Source: a virus (lineage: Duplodnaviria; Caudoviricetes). From it: a stretch of 61,766 nt of DNA. A model generated the notes under the pieces. It ran no database searches and was not told the DNA's origin. It saw nothing but the letters and a program-made list of their open reading frames with translations. Of the stretch, positions 10,257 to 19,776 are shown in pieces. The DNA is taken from the IMG/VR virus record IMGVR_UViG_3300029787_000034, positions 1 to 61,766 of that record, one strand, 5' to 3'. The translations under genes were made by a program, and so were the position numbers. The stretch's first letter is position 1. Each line of letters begins with the position of its first letter.

Positions 10257-10508
10257 ATGCCTTCACAACACTCACTTGATATTGTCAATTCCGTATTCGC
10301 AGGTCAGAAAGACCTGAGCGATTACGTTGATTCTCGCATGAAAGAACTTGCTGTAGACAGTATAGATGCACTGAAACAAGACGTTGGATCTAAAATGTTT
10401 ACACCACCTACTCCTGCTGAGACTGAAGTTGAGCCTGAAGATAGTGCGGAAACAACAACTGCTGAAACTGAGGTAACACCTGATGCTACTGATAACGGAA
10501 CAAATTGA
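10257..10508 (+). CDS. Small acidic prohead-core-associated protein (gp67/gp68 position)
   Basis: Lies between g20 and g21; late promoter at 10230; acidic C-terminus. Confidence 0.6.
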   Translation: MPSQHSLDIVNSVFAGQKDLSDYVDSRMKELAVDSIDALKQDVGSKMFTPPTPAETEVEPEDSAETTTAETEVTPDATDNGTN

Positions 10509-11127
10509 TGATACTAAGGTAATCACCGAGGGTAAAGGTTCTAAGAAAAGAACTTATATCGAAGGTGTATTCCTACAAGGTGCGATCAAAAATCGTAATG
10601 GACGTATGTATCCACTGGAAACTCTAGGTAGAGAAGTACAGAAGTACAACGAAAATTACATACAAAAAGGTCGTGCAATGGGTGAGTTAGGTCATCCAGA
10701 AGGTCCAACAATTAACTTGGACAGGGTATCACACCTTATCACATCCCTTAAAGAAAGTGGAAATAATTTCGTGGGTAAAGCACGGATTCTTGACACTCCT
10801 ATGGGTCGTGTTACGAGAGAACTACTTGATGAAGGCATCAAACTAGGAGTCTCATCACGTGGCCTAGGTTCTATCAAAGAACAAAACGGTTGTAAAGTTG
10901 TTTGTGATGACTTTATACTAGCAACTGCAGCAGATATCGTTGCAGATCCATCAGCACCTGATGCTTTCGTAAATGGAATCATGGAAGGGAAAGAATGGAT
11001 TTGGGGTGGTAGCGGTGTTTCTGAGCAAAGATTGGAGACAATCAAAGACAGAATTAACTCTGCATCACGTACTCAACTTGCTGAAAGGAACGTTTCCGCA
11101 TTTGATGCGTTCTTAAAAAGTCTATAA
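10483..11127 (+). CDS. g21: Prohead protease gp21
   Basis: NRNGRMYP, GELGHP, GVSSRGLGS, DIVADPSAPDAFV. Confidence 0.96.
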   Translation: MLLITEQIDDTKVITEGKGSKKRTYIEGVFLQGAIKNRNGRMYPLETLGREVQKYNENYIQKGRAMGELGHPEGPTINLDRVSHLITSLKESGNNFVGKARILDTPMGRVTRELLDEGIKLGVSSRGLGSIKEQNGCKVVCDDFILATAADIVADPSAPDAFVNGIMEGKEWIWGGSGVSEQRLETIKDRINSASRTQLAERNVSAFDAFLKSL

Positions 11128-11177
11128 TGTCTAAATAACTATAGCAATAACCTTATTTGTATATTCGAGGAGACAAC

Positions 11178-12215
11178 ATGTCTAAGGAAAAAGACAATCT
11201 TGATGAAAACGCAGTCACTAAGAATGCGAAACCTGGCGATGCAATGCCAAAATCTGAAACTGGAACTCCTGGTCAAGGTGTACAGGATTTAGGTGGACCT
11301 ACTCCATTTAATTCTAAACCAGACGACGAATCCAATAAGTACAAGACTGGTGGCGGACCAACAGCAACACCTCCACAAACAAAACCATCTGATGCATCAG
11401 CACAGAAGGCAGAGTTTAGCACTGCAGGTGATGTAAAGGCAGGTCACGAACCTGAAGGTGAAGTTATTGCCGAAGATGATACAACAGAAACAATCGAAAT
11501 CGATTTATCATCTGATGTTGCTGCTCTTACTGAAGGAGAAGATCTTTCTGAAGAGTTTAAGGAGAAAGCGAAAACAATTTTCGAAGCAGCAGTTATCTCC
11601 AAAATAAACGAAGAACTAGAACGTATGCATACTGATTATGCAAAAGTCCTAGACGAAGAAGTCGAGACTATTAAGACCGAGCTTGCAGAAAAGGTTGACG
11701 AGACTCTTAAGTACCACGTAGAGCAGTGGGTTAAGAATAACGAACTCGCAATCGAGCACGGAATTAAGACTGAGATGGCAGAATCTGTCATGTCTGGACT
11801 CAAACAGGTTTTTGTCGAGAATTTCATTGATCTTCCCGACGAAAAAGTTGACTTAGTTGACGAAATGACTAAGCAACTCGATACTATGGAAACTAAACTC
11901 AACGAACAAATCGAAGAGAATGTCGGACTATCTAACGAGGTCGGCAATTATATCAAGAATGGGATCGTGAACGAGCTAAGCGGAGGACTTTCCCTCGCAC
12001 AGAAGGAAAAGTTACAATCTCTTGCAGAAGCTGTTGAGTTCGAGAATGAAGATGCTTATCGTGAGAAAATAAACACTCTTAAAGAGTCTTATTTCTCTAC
12101 CAAACCTGCGGCTGCTGAGGAGAAATCCGATGAAGTCACAATTGAGGGAGATAATGGTGCTACTGGTGACGCAATGTCTCACTACGTAAATGCATTATCA
12201 CGTTGGGGCAACTAA
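11178..12215 (+). CDS. g22: Prohead core scaffold protein gp22
   Basis: LSEEFKEKAKTIFEAAV and LKESYF; SD GAGGAG; located between g21 and g23. Confidence 0.93.
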   Translation: MSKEKDNLDENAVTKNAKPGDAMPKSETGTPGQGVQDLGGPTPFNSKPDDESNKYKTGGGPTATPPQTKPSDASAQKAEFSTAGDVKAGHEPEGEVIAEDDTTETIEIDLSSDVAALTEGEDLSEEFKEKAKTIFEAAVISKINEELERMHTDYAKVLDEEVETIKTELAEKVDETLKYHVEQWVKNNELAIEHGIKTEMAESVMSGLKQVFVENFIDLPDEKVDLVDEMTKQLDTMETKLNEQIEENVGLSNEVGNYIKNGIVNELSGGLSLAQKEKLQSLAEAVEFENEDAYREKINTLKESYFSTKPAAAEEKSDEVTIEGDNGATGDAMSHYVNALSRWGN

Positions 12216-12258
12216 TACGTGAGAATTTGTAATCAATTAACTTTTTTTAAAACAAGCA

Positions 12259-13605
12259 ATGTTTAATTCAGAATCATTGCAGGAAAAGTGGAAACCCATT
12301 TTAGATCACTCTGAGATAGATGATATCAAAGACGGATATAGAAAGGCAGTTACCTCTGTCCTGTTAGAAAACCAAGAAAGATTTTTAAGGGAAGAAGCAG
12401 GTGTGCTTAATGAAGCATCACCAACAATGTCTGCAGGTACAGCAGGTTTCAGTGGTTCATCTACTGCAACTGGTCCTGTAGCAGGTTTTGACCCAGTTTT
12501 AATCTCATTAATCAGAAGATCAATGCCTAAGCTTATTGCTTATGACATTGCAGGTGTACAACCAATGACAGGTCCTACTGGACTTATCTTCGCAATGAGA
12601 TCACGTTACGGTACTAACCGTACAGCTGGAACTGAAGCGTTCTTTAACGAAGCAGATTCCGAGTTCTCAGCAGAGAACGCAGCTAGCGACCTAGGAAGAA
12701 CAGCACAGTCTGGATCTAACCCAGGACTTCTAAACGCATCTGGTACATACAATACATCAGACGGAATGCCTACAGCAGAAGCTGAAGCATTAGGTGATGC
12801 ATCTGGTAACCAGTTCGCTGAAATGAACTTCAGTATTGAGAAAGTTACTGTGACTGCTAAGTCCAGAGCACTCAAGGCTGAGTACAGTTTAGAACTAGCA
12901 CAAGACCTTAAGGCAGTTCACGGTTTAGACGCTGAGTCTGAACTAGCAAATATCCTCTCAACAGAAGTACTTGCTGAAATCAACCGTGAAGTTGTAAGAT
13001 CTGTATACAAAGTCGCAAGACCTGGTGCACAGAACAACACAGCAACTGCAGGTGTCTTTGACCTAGACGTTGACTCCAACGGTAGATGGTCAGTTGAGAA
13101 GTTTAAAGGTCTTCTATTCCAGATAGAAAGAGACATGAACGCTATCGGGCACGAGACAAGACGTGGAAAGGGCAACATCTTAATTTGCTCTGCTGACGTT
13201 GCATCTGCTCTATCAATGGCTGGTGTACTTGACTACACTCCTGCTCTAGCTGGTAACTCAAACTTACTTCCTGATGATAATAGCAGCACACTAGCTGGTA
13301 CATTAAACGGAAGAATCAAGGTATACGTTGATCCTTATTCAGCAAACGTAAGTGACAGACACTTCTACGTTGCAGGATACAAAGGTTCATCTGCATACGA
13401 CGCAGGACTGTTCTACTGTCCTTACGTTCCACTCCAAATGGTCAGAGCCGTTGGTCAGGATACATTCCAACCAAAAATTGGCTTTAAGACTCGTTACGGT
13501 ATGGTTGCTAACCCATTTGCGGAAGGCACTGACCAAGGCGGTGGAGATCTTGATCCTAACAAGAACAGATACTACAGAAGAGTTCTTGTTGACAACCTAA
13601 TGTAA
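12259..13605 (+). CDS. g23: Major capsid protein gp23
   Basis: GVQPMTGPTGLIFAMR, KSRALKAEYSLELAQDLKAVHGLDAE, FQPKIGFKTRYG. Confidence 0.98.
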   Translation: MFNSESLQEKWKPILDHSEIDDIKDGYRKAVTSVLLENQERFLREEAGVLNEASPTMSAGTAGFSGSSTATGPVAGFDPVLISLIRRSMPKLIAYDIAGVQPMTGPTGLIFAMRSRYGTNRTAGTEAFFNEADSEFSAENAASDLGRTAQSGSNPGLLNASGTYNTSDGMPTAEAEALGDASGNQFAEMNFSIEKVTVTAKSRALKAEYSLELAQDLKAVHGLDAESELANILSTEVLAEINREVVRSVYKVARPGAQNNTATAGVFDLDVDSNGRWSVEKFKGLLFQIERDMNAIGHETRRGKGNILICSADVASALSMAGVLDYTPALAGNSNLLPDDNSSTLAGTLNGRIKVYVDPYSANVSDRHFYVAGYKGSSAYDAGLFYCPYVPLQMVRAVGQDTFQPKIGFKTRYGMVANPFAEGTDQGGGDLDPNKNRYYRRVLVDNLM

Positions 13606-13629
13606 ATCGTTCATCACGATACACACACG

Positions 13630-13657
13630 AAGACCCCTTTACAGGGGTCTTTTTTTA
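13630..13657 (+). terminator. Rho-independent terminator after g23
   Basis: AAGACCCCT-TTAC-AGGGGTCTT followed by a T-tract. Confidence 0.9.
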
Positions 13658-13678
13658 TGCTATGCTCTAAATAAGATT

Positions 13679-14026
13679 ATGGACAGACACGATTTCCCTG
13701 TGATTGGTACGTTCTACACCAAGAAGGAAGTAGATGAACTAATTGCAAAAGCAGTAGAGAAAGCAGTTGCTGAAGCACGACTAATTGACGAAGAGTCAAT
13801 GCGTAAGCATAACAGAGACGCTACTGTCATCTCTATGATACTAGGATTTACTACACTCGCACTGTTTGTAGATGGATTGCTACGTATACTTGGTATTATA
13901 CCACCATTCATGCATATAGATGTAAATATAATTGATAAAGTTACAGAACAGGTCAAAGATGAAGTTCTTCCATATATAAAAGAAGGACTAACAAAAATTC
14001 CTAAGGTTGGGAGCAGATTGTATTGA
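13679..14026 (+). CDS. Hypothetical membrane protein
   Basis: TM segment VISMILGFTTLALFVDGLLRILGII; late promoter at 13668. Confidence 0.7.
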   Translation: MDRHDFPVIGTFYTKKEVDELIAKAVEKAVAEARLIDEESMRKHNRDATVISMILGFTTLALFVDGLLRILGIIPPFMHIDVNIIDKVTEQVKDEVLPYIKEGLTKIPKVGSRLY

Positions 14027-14331
14027 GTTATCTATTTGGTATTGCGTTTTTATTCCTACTGTATAACGCATTTAGGTTAATGTGGCAGGGATGGAAAGCA
14101 TTTGATCAGAGTTATGGTAAGGTTATGGAGACCTACAAACCTAAAAAGGTGCACCCTGAGATGACAGATGTACAGAATGGTGATGAGTTGATGGTAGCAA
14201 GTTTCTCACAGATCCCACCAGTAAAAGATCCATTACATGAATCCTTACAGTCACGTATAGAAGAACTGATCGAAGAAGAAGACGATGAGGATGATGATGA
14301 AGGAGACGGTGACATTATTGTAAGAGTATGA
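14023..14331 (+). CDS. Hypothetical membrane-anchored protein with acidic tail (DUF2973-like)
   Basis: N-terminal TM, HPEM..GDEL motif, EEEDDEDDDEGDGD tail. Confidence 0.6.
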   Translation: MSYLFGIAFLFLLYNAFRLMWQGWKAFDQSYGKVMETYKPKKVHPEMTDVQNGDELMVASFSQIPPVKDPLHESLQSRIEELIEEEDDEDDDEGDGDIIVRV

Positions 14332-14474
14332 ACAAGATATTAGAACCTATAGTTTTAGCAGGAGTAGTAATATTCTTAGGATTTGTGTTCCTCATTGAGG
14401 TGCTAGATCTGTTTTTGATTAGACCTATCTTTCAGTTGTTTACAAAGAAGAAGAGGAGGAGGAGAAGAAGATGA
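14328..14474 (+). CDS. Small TM peptide (48 aa) with KKKRRRRRR tail, not in ORF track
   Basis: ATGA overlaps at both ends; MNKILEPIVLAGVVIFLGFVFLIEVLDLFLIRPIFQLFTKKKRRRRRR. Confidence 0.65.
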   Translation: MNKILEPIVLAGVVIFLGFVFLIEVLDLFLIRPIFQLFTKKKRRRRRR

Positions 14475-14833
14475 TAGAATTCGAAAAACAATTTGGCAAA
14501 GGAACTGATCCTTGGTATGCTAAAGCAGAGAGATGGGCGAAAAAACAACGTTTTCCTATCTCTTTTTTGGTGCTAGGATTGATATCTGCACTCAAAGAAC
14601 GGTGGATAGAGACTAAAATCCACAATGAAATGAGAACTGTAGACGCTGATGTTCAGAAAATACATGAGATATGGGATAAAGAAGAGAAACCAACAACAAC
14701 TTTTGTCTCCAAACCCTCTGTAGTAAAGGGATTAGATGACATGGAACTCTTCTATGATGCATACAAGAGAGCAGCACAAGACCATGACGATGTGATGAAG
14801 GAACTAAATAGTACGGATGATACTGTAGAGTAA
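14471..14833 (+). CDS. Hypothetical protein
   Basis: Packed ORF with coupled overlaps. Confidence 0.65.
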   Translation: MIEFEKQFGKGTDPWYAKAERWAKKQRFPISFLVLGLISALKERWIETKIHNEMRTVDADVQKIHEIWDKEEKPTTTFVSKPSVVKGLDDMELFYDAYKRAAQDHDDVMKELNSTDDTVE

Positions 14834-15408
14834 TGGCAGACGTACAAACATGGCAGGGACAGATAGAGAATAGAAACTTCCTATCACCCATAGGATTTAA
14901 GTTTATCTTAGCGGATTTCCCTAAGGTGACTTACTTTTCGCAGACATGTAATATTCCTGGCATCACAGTTGGTGAGGTAAATCAACCCACTATCATGGGT
15001 AGACCTATACCATTCGACTCTCATGGTTTGACATACGAACCACTCAATATGAACTTCTTAATCGATGAGAATCTAGAAAATTATTTAATTATTCACAACT
15101 GGATGAGAGGTTTAAGTATTGGTGAGAAATTTGCAGAGAGAGAAAAACTAATAGAGGTATCAAATGAGAAGATTGGTATAGGAAATGATGGTAGTGTACG
15201 TTCAGATGGATCTCTAGCAGTACTGAACAGTAATTTTCAGACCAATTTCTTCGTAACTTTTAAAGATATGTACCCAGTGTCCTTGTCAGCACTAGAATTT
15301 AATGCTACAATAGATGGTAGTGAGTATGCTGTAGCACAAGCAAGTTTTAGATATGCGGTGTATGATATACAGGATACTTATGGAGTACGTAAGACACAAC
15401 TTAAATGA
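14833..15408 (+). CDS. g3: Tail completion / sheath stabiliser gp3
   Basis: NRNFLSPIGFKF, FLIDENLENY, YPVSLSALEF; synteny before uvsY. Confidence 0.88.
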   Translation: MADVQTWQGQIENRNFLSPIGFKFILADFPKVTYFSQTCNIPGITVGEVNQPTIMGRPIPFDSHGLTYEPLNMNFLIDENLENYLIIHNWMRGLSIGEKFAEREKLIEVSNEKIGIGNDGSVRSDGSLAVLNSNFQTNFFVTFKDMYPVSLSALEFNATIDGSEYAVAQASFRYAVYDIQDTYGVRKTQLK

Positions 15409-15827
15409 ATCTTGATGATATTCGCACATCATGGTTAGAAGACTGTAAAATTGACACAAATGACCTAGACACAGAGAACTTTAAGGTCACAGTTATCCAT
15501 GAAAAATATTTAAACATCTGGTCACAGTTCAGATTATTATTATCAGACGCTGAAGCTAAGAATAAAAGGATGTACAAGGAGAAGTTCGAGTACTATTCTG
15601 GTAAAGCACCTGCAAAGGTATACGCTGAGAGACCTTTTAACTATAAGGTACTTAAAGGTGACCTTAACACATACATCTGGGCAGATGATGAGTACATCAG
15701 AACCAAGCAGAAATGTGACTACCTCGAAACTTGTATAAATTATTTAGAGAACGTTCTTAGGCAGTGCTCTAATCGAGGATTCCAAATTAAAAACGTTATC
15801 GAGCTCCGAAAGTATGAAAACTATTGA
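15405..15827 (+). CDS. uvsY: Recombination mediator UvsY
   Basis: HEKYL, EYYSGKA, NRGFQIKN. Confidence 0.9.
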   Translation: MNLDDIRTSWLEDCKIDTNDLDTENFKVTVIHEKYLNIWSQFRLLLSDAEAKNKRMYKEKFEYYSGKAPAKVYAERPFNYKVLKGDLNTYIWADDEYIRTKQKCDYLETCINYLENVLRQCSNRGFQIKNVIELRKYENY

Positions 15828-17290
15828 TGACTGTCATAAAAAAGAAGAACGAGGTTTACCTTAAGGTAACTGCAGAACCGCATGTCCATAAGGAACTAAG
15901 TGAATACTTCCAGTTCGAAGTTCCTGGTGCTAAGTACATGCCACAGTACCAAAAATGGAAGTGGGATGGCAAGATCCGTTTATATTCACCTGCTACTGGT
16001 GAGATATATGCGGGTCTTTTTGATTATGTCACTGATTTTTTGGAGACAAGAGGGTACGAATTTGACATAGAGGAGAATGACAACTATGGACGACCAGATG
16101 AGACTGAACCTATCGTATCACCTGAGGCTATTGCGGGGTACGTTAGATCTCTCAACATTCCTTTTAAAGCAAGAGACTATCAACTACGAGCAATTTATCA
16201 GGCACTTAGACATAATCGCAAGTTACTACTCTCACCCACAGGATCGGGAAAATCCCTAATCATCTATGCAATAGTGCGTTGGCACCTAGATGGTTGGAAT
16301 AGAAACACACTAATCATTGTACCTACTGTCAGTTTGGTAGAACAAATGGCGAAAGACTTTAAGGATTATGGTTGGGGAGGTAAGCAAGTATATAAAATTA
16401 AGGCAGGAGTAGAAAAATATACAGATCATCCTATAGTAATCAGTACATGGCAGAGCATTTATAAGGAACCTCGAAAGTTTTTTAAGAGATTTGATGTCAT
16501 CATAGGTGATGAAGCACATTTATATAAGGCGAAAAGTCTGACAGGTATTCTCACTAAGTGTCATGATGCCAAGTACCGAGTCGGACTGACAGGTACCCTA
16601 GATGGTTTGGAGACTCATCAATTAGTGTTAGAAGGACTGTTTGGTAAGGTAGATCAGGTAACTAAGACTATAGATCTCATGAAAAAAGGACACTTAACAC
16701 CATTAAAGGTGTGTGTCCTACTGTTAAAACATGGGTATGTACCCTTTGATGACTATTTCCAAGAGATAGATTACTTGATTAGTCATCCTAAGAGAAATAA
16801 TTTGATATGTAATCTAGCGTGTGACCTCACAGGTAACACTTTGATCCTTTTTAACTACGTGGAGAAGCATGGGGATCCTTTATGGGAGCTCCTAAATAGT
16901 AAGGTAAGAGAGGGTCGCAAGATCTTTTTCATACACGGTGGTATTGATGCTGTAGCACGTGAAGAAGCACGTACTATATGTGAGACAGAAAAGGATGCAA
17001 TCATATTAGCATCTTATGGAACGTTCTCTACTGGTATCAATATAAGAAATTTGCATAATGTTATCTTTGCAAGTCCATCCAAGTCGAGGGTCAGAAATCT
17101 TCAGTCAATTGGTAGGGTCTTGAGAAAGGGAGACAACAAAGCACAGGCAGTATTATTTGATATTGCTGATAACTGCTCTAGAGGATCCCGACATAATTAT
17201 ACTCTTCGTCACCTCACTGAACGCATAAAAATATACGAAGAAGAAAGTTTTGATTATGAAATCAAGGAAGTCAAACTCAAGAATGATTAA
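15827..17290 (+). CDS. uvsW: SF2 helicase UvsW
   Basis: WDGKIRL, SPTGSGKS, DEAH, TGT, QSIGRVLR. Confidence 0.96.
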   Translation: MTVIKKKNEVYLKVTAEPHVHKELSEYFQFEVPGAKYMPQYQKWKWDGKIRLYSPATGEIYAGLFDYVTDFLETRGYEFDIEENDNYGRPDETEPIVSPEAIAGYVRSLNIPFKARDYQLRAIYQALRHNRKLLLSPTGSGKSLIIYAIVRWHLDGWNRNTLIIVPTVSLVEQMAKDFKDYGWGGKQVYKIKAGVEKYTDHPIVISTWQSIYKEPRKFFKRFDVIIGDEAHLYKAKSLTGILTKCHDAKYRVGLTGTLDGLETHQLVLEGLFGKVDQVTKTIDLMKKGHLTPLKVCVLLLKHGYVPFDDYFQEIDYLISHPKRNNLICNLACDLTGNTLILFNYVEKHGDPLWELLNSKVREGRKIFFIHGGIDAVAREEARTICETEKDAIILASYGTFSTGINIRNLHNVIFASPSKSRVRNLQSIGRVLRKGDNKAQAVLFDIADNCSRGSRHNYTLRHLTERIKIYEEESFDYEIKEVKLKND

Positions 17291-17747
17291 TTACATCCGA
17301 CACGACGAACAATTTTATGGCACTGTAAAACTAATTACAGGTGAGGAAATCCTTGGTGAAGTGTTATTGAGTATAGATCCAGAATCAAAAGAGGATCTAT
17401 TGTTCATACAACACCCTGCTAAGACTAAAGTTATAGAACTAGACCCCAACCGTAGTGAGGATGGGGAACAGAAAGTGGCGGTCGGATTTATCAAATGGAT
17501 GAACTTCAGTGAAGAGGAGTTCTATGTACTAGAAGAAAAATCTGTGATCAGCATCGCTCCAATGTCTAAGGATGCTATCAGGATGTATAAACGATGGGTA
17601 AAGAAAGAAATATTACATGAAGAAGAACCCGATAAAGGACAGATCCCTATGAATAGTAATATGGGTCTTATCGCAAAGGTGTCATCGGCACGAGAGATTC
17701 TAGAAAAGATCTGGAATAATAAGCCTGGTGACCCTTCCAACCCTTAA
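17283..17747 (+). CDS. Conserved hypothetical protein (Sm-like fold candidate)
   Basis: VKLITGEEILG; usual position between uvsW and g55. Confidence 0.65.
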   Translation: MINYIRHDEQFYGTVKLITGEEILGEVLLSIDPESKEDLLFIQHPAKTKVIELDPNRSEDGEQKVAVGFIKWMNFSEEEFYVLEEKSVISIAPMSKDAIRMYKRWVKKEILHEEEPDKGQIPMNSNMGLIAKVSSAREILEKIWNNKPGDPSNP

Positions 17748-17801
17748 CAGTGTTGAGTCTACCCAAAATCTAACTGGTTGTCAACCCCTCATGTATCAGA
17801 C

Positions 17802-17830
17802 GTGACATTTGGTTGCATTTATGCTATTAT
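17802..17830 (+). promoter_or_regulatory. Sigma70-like promoter for g55
   Basis: GTGACA-17 nt-TATTAT with an extended TG. Confidence 0.6.
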
Positions 17831-17852
17831 TATGGCAACAGCAATTACAAAC

Positions 17853-18344
17853 ATGGCTGGTACAATGGCAAGAAAGTCAACCAAGAAAAAAGAGCACTAT
17901 GTAGATAACAAGAAGTTTCTCGCAGAACTGGTTATCTATCGTAATCGAGTAGCGAGAGCGAAAGAGAAGGGCGAAGATAAACCAAGAGTTACAAATTACA
18001 TAGGTGAGTGTTTCCTCAAAATTGCAACACACTTATCATATAGACCTAACTTTATCAACTACATGTATAGAGAAGACATGATAGGTGATGGTATAGAAAA
18101 CTGTATACAATACATACACAACTTCGATCCAGACAAATCCTCAAATCCTTTTGCATATTTCACACAGATAGTTTACTATGCATACCTAAGACGTATAGCA
18201 AAAGAAAAAAGGCAGCAGTCTATTAGAGAAAAGATCTTAGAACGTAAAGGTTATGAGGAAGTCTTCCACTCTGATGGTACAGATGACCAAGCAAGTCTAG
18301 AAGCAATCAAAGCAAATGTGGAGACTAGACAGAGATATGGATAG
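17853..18344 (+). CDS. g55: Late-transcription sigma factor gp55 (start uncertain, 17832-17865)
   Basis: HYVDNKKFL, IATHLSYRPNFINY, NPFAYFTQI. Confidence 0.95.
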   Translation: MAGTMARKSTKKKEHYVDNKKFLAELVIYRNRVARAKEKGEDKPRVTNYIGECFLKIATHLSYRPNFINYMYREDMIGDGIENCIQYIHNFDPDKSSNPFAYFTQIVYYAYLRRIAKEKRQQSIREKILERKGYEEVFHSDGTDDQASLEAIKANVETRQRYG

Positions 18345-18492
18345 AAACTCTAAAAGAATAGAGGAACTAGTCAATGAACTCCACATCATGACTGGTGGTA
18401 ATGTAGAGAGATTGACAGTCTCCGATTCCTCTGGTAGAATGGCAAAGAAGATATCTATCGAGTATGACATCCAAGATCCTGTTAATAACTGA
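18337..18492 (+). CDS. Small hypothetical protein (51 aa), not in ORF track
   Basis: Fills the g55-g47 gap; MDRNSKRIEELVNELHIMTGG... Confidence 0.5.
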   Translation: MDRNSKRIEELVNELHIMTGGNVERLTVSDSSGRMAKKISIEYDIQDPVNN

Positions 18493-19498
18493 TCAACACT
18501 TCGGAGTAAGGAACGACAACCAATACTATATCGATAGATACAGAGAATTCTATAGTGAAACTGTCCTTCCTTACATCGATAAACATAAAATAGATACTAT
18601 CATATGTCTAGGTGATACATTTGATAGAAGAAAGTATGTAAATTTCCATTCTCTAGATGCAGCAAAGGAGATGTGGTTTACTCCTCTACAAGAGAGGAAC
18701 GTACATATGCATATGCTTATAGGTAATCATGATATTTACTATAAGAATACACTCAGAATTAATTCACCACAATTATTACTGCAAGACTATAATAATATAA
18801 CAATCTACGACTACGCACAGGATAAAAATATTGGTGGACTAGATTTTTTCATGTTACCATGGATATGTGATGAGAATAGGAAAGAAACTGCTGATGCTAT
18901 CAGGGCAAGTAAGTCATCTATATGTCTTGGACACCTAGAACTCAATGGATTCGAAGCAGTTCCTGGTCATACTATGGAGCATGGAGATAATCCAGAAGAT
19001 TATGATAAGTTTGACTTAGTATGTACTGGTCACTTCCATATGAGAAGTAGAAAAGGTAACATCCAATACCTCGGTAATCCGTACCAACTATATTGGAACG
19101 ATTACGGTCAGGAGAGAGGTTTCCATGTCATAAATACTAAGACGAAACGTTTAACTTTTGTTAAAAATCCAGTTAAGATGTTCCACAAGATCATCTATAA
19201 AGACTCTGAAACTTCTCCTATAGATTATAAGATGTTGAGAGGTAGTTACGTTAAACTTATTGTAGAAAAGAAAGAAGACCAAATACTATTCGACCAAATA
19301 CTTAAAAAAATAAATGATTCCAACGTTGCTGATCTAAAAATTATTGAGGATCAGTTCGTATACTTGGAGGACATAGATGAGTCTATAGAATCTGAAGACA
19401 CACTAACTATCTTACAGAAGTGTGTTGCTGAAGTTGATAATAAAGATGAAATATTTTCTATATTAAAGTCATTGTATGTGGAGGCACAGAGAATCTAA
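18464..19498 (+). CDS. g47: Recombination endonuclease subunit gp47 (Mre11/SbcD-like)
   Basis: TDQHFG, LGDTFDRR, GNHD and GHFH metallophosphoesterase motifs. Confidence 0.95.
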   Translation: MTSKILLITDQHFGVRNDNQYYIDRYREFYSETVLPYIDKHKIDTIICLGDTFDRRKYVNFHSLDAAKEMWFTPLQERNVHMHMLIGNHDIYYKNTLRINSPQLLLQDYNNITIYDYAQDKNIGGLDFFMLPWICDENRKETADAIRASKSSICLGHLELNGFEAVPGHTMEHGDNPEDYDKFDLVCTGHFHMRSRKGNIQYLGNPYQLYWNDYGQERGFHVINTKTKRLTFVKNPVKMFHKIIYKDSETSPIDYKMLRGSYVKLIVEKKEDQILFDQILKKINDSNVADLKIIEDQFVYLEDIDESIESEDTLTILQKCVAEVDNKDEIFSILKSLYVEAQRI

Positions 19499-19776
19499 TG
19501 TACGTACTAGTTGACAAAAGAAGCGGAGGGGTGTATGCTGTTAATGATGACACTATTAAAGAGAGGGTAGTGCAAATATTTGATGTCCATGATGATGCTG
19601 ATAGATACCATCAACATCTGATTGCAGATAATTACAGCAGAGAGTTGATGGTTAAGGAGATCCACGAAGAGGATGTCAAAAGAAACTGTGGACAATTTGG
19701 ATATCATTACACTATCATCCAACCAGATGACATCGTGTTTCCTCCTACAAAAGAAGTACTGAATGATCAAGTTTGA
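19498..19776 (+). CDS. Hypothetical protein (DUF3110-like)
   Basis: GGVYAV..VQIF..DDADRY..L; typical position between g47 and g46. Confidence 0.6.
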   Translation: MYVLVDKRSGGVYAVNDDTIKERVVQIFDVHDDADRYHQHLIADNYSRELMVKEIHEEDVKRNCGQFGYHYTIIQPDDIVFPPTKEVLNDQV

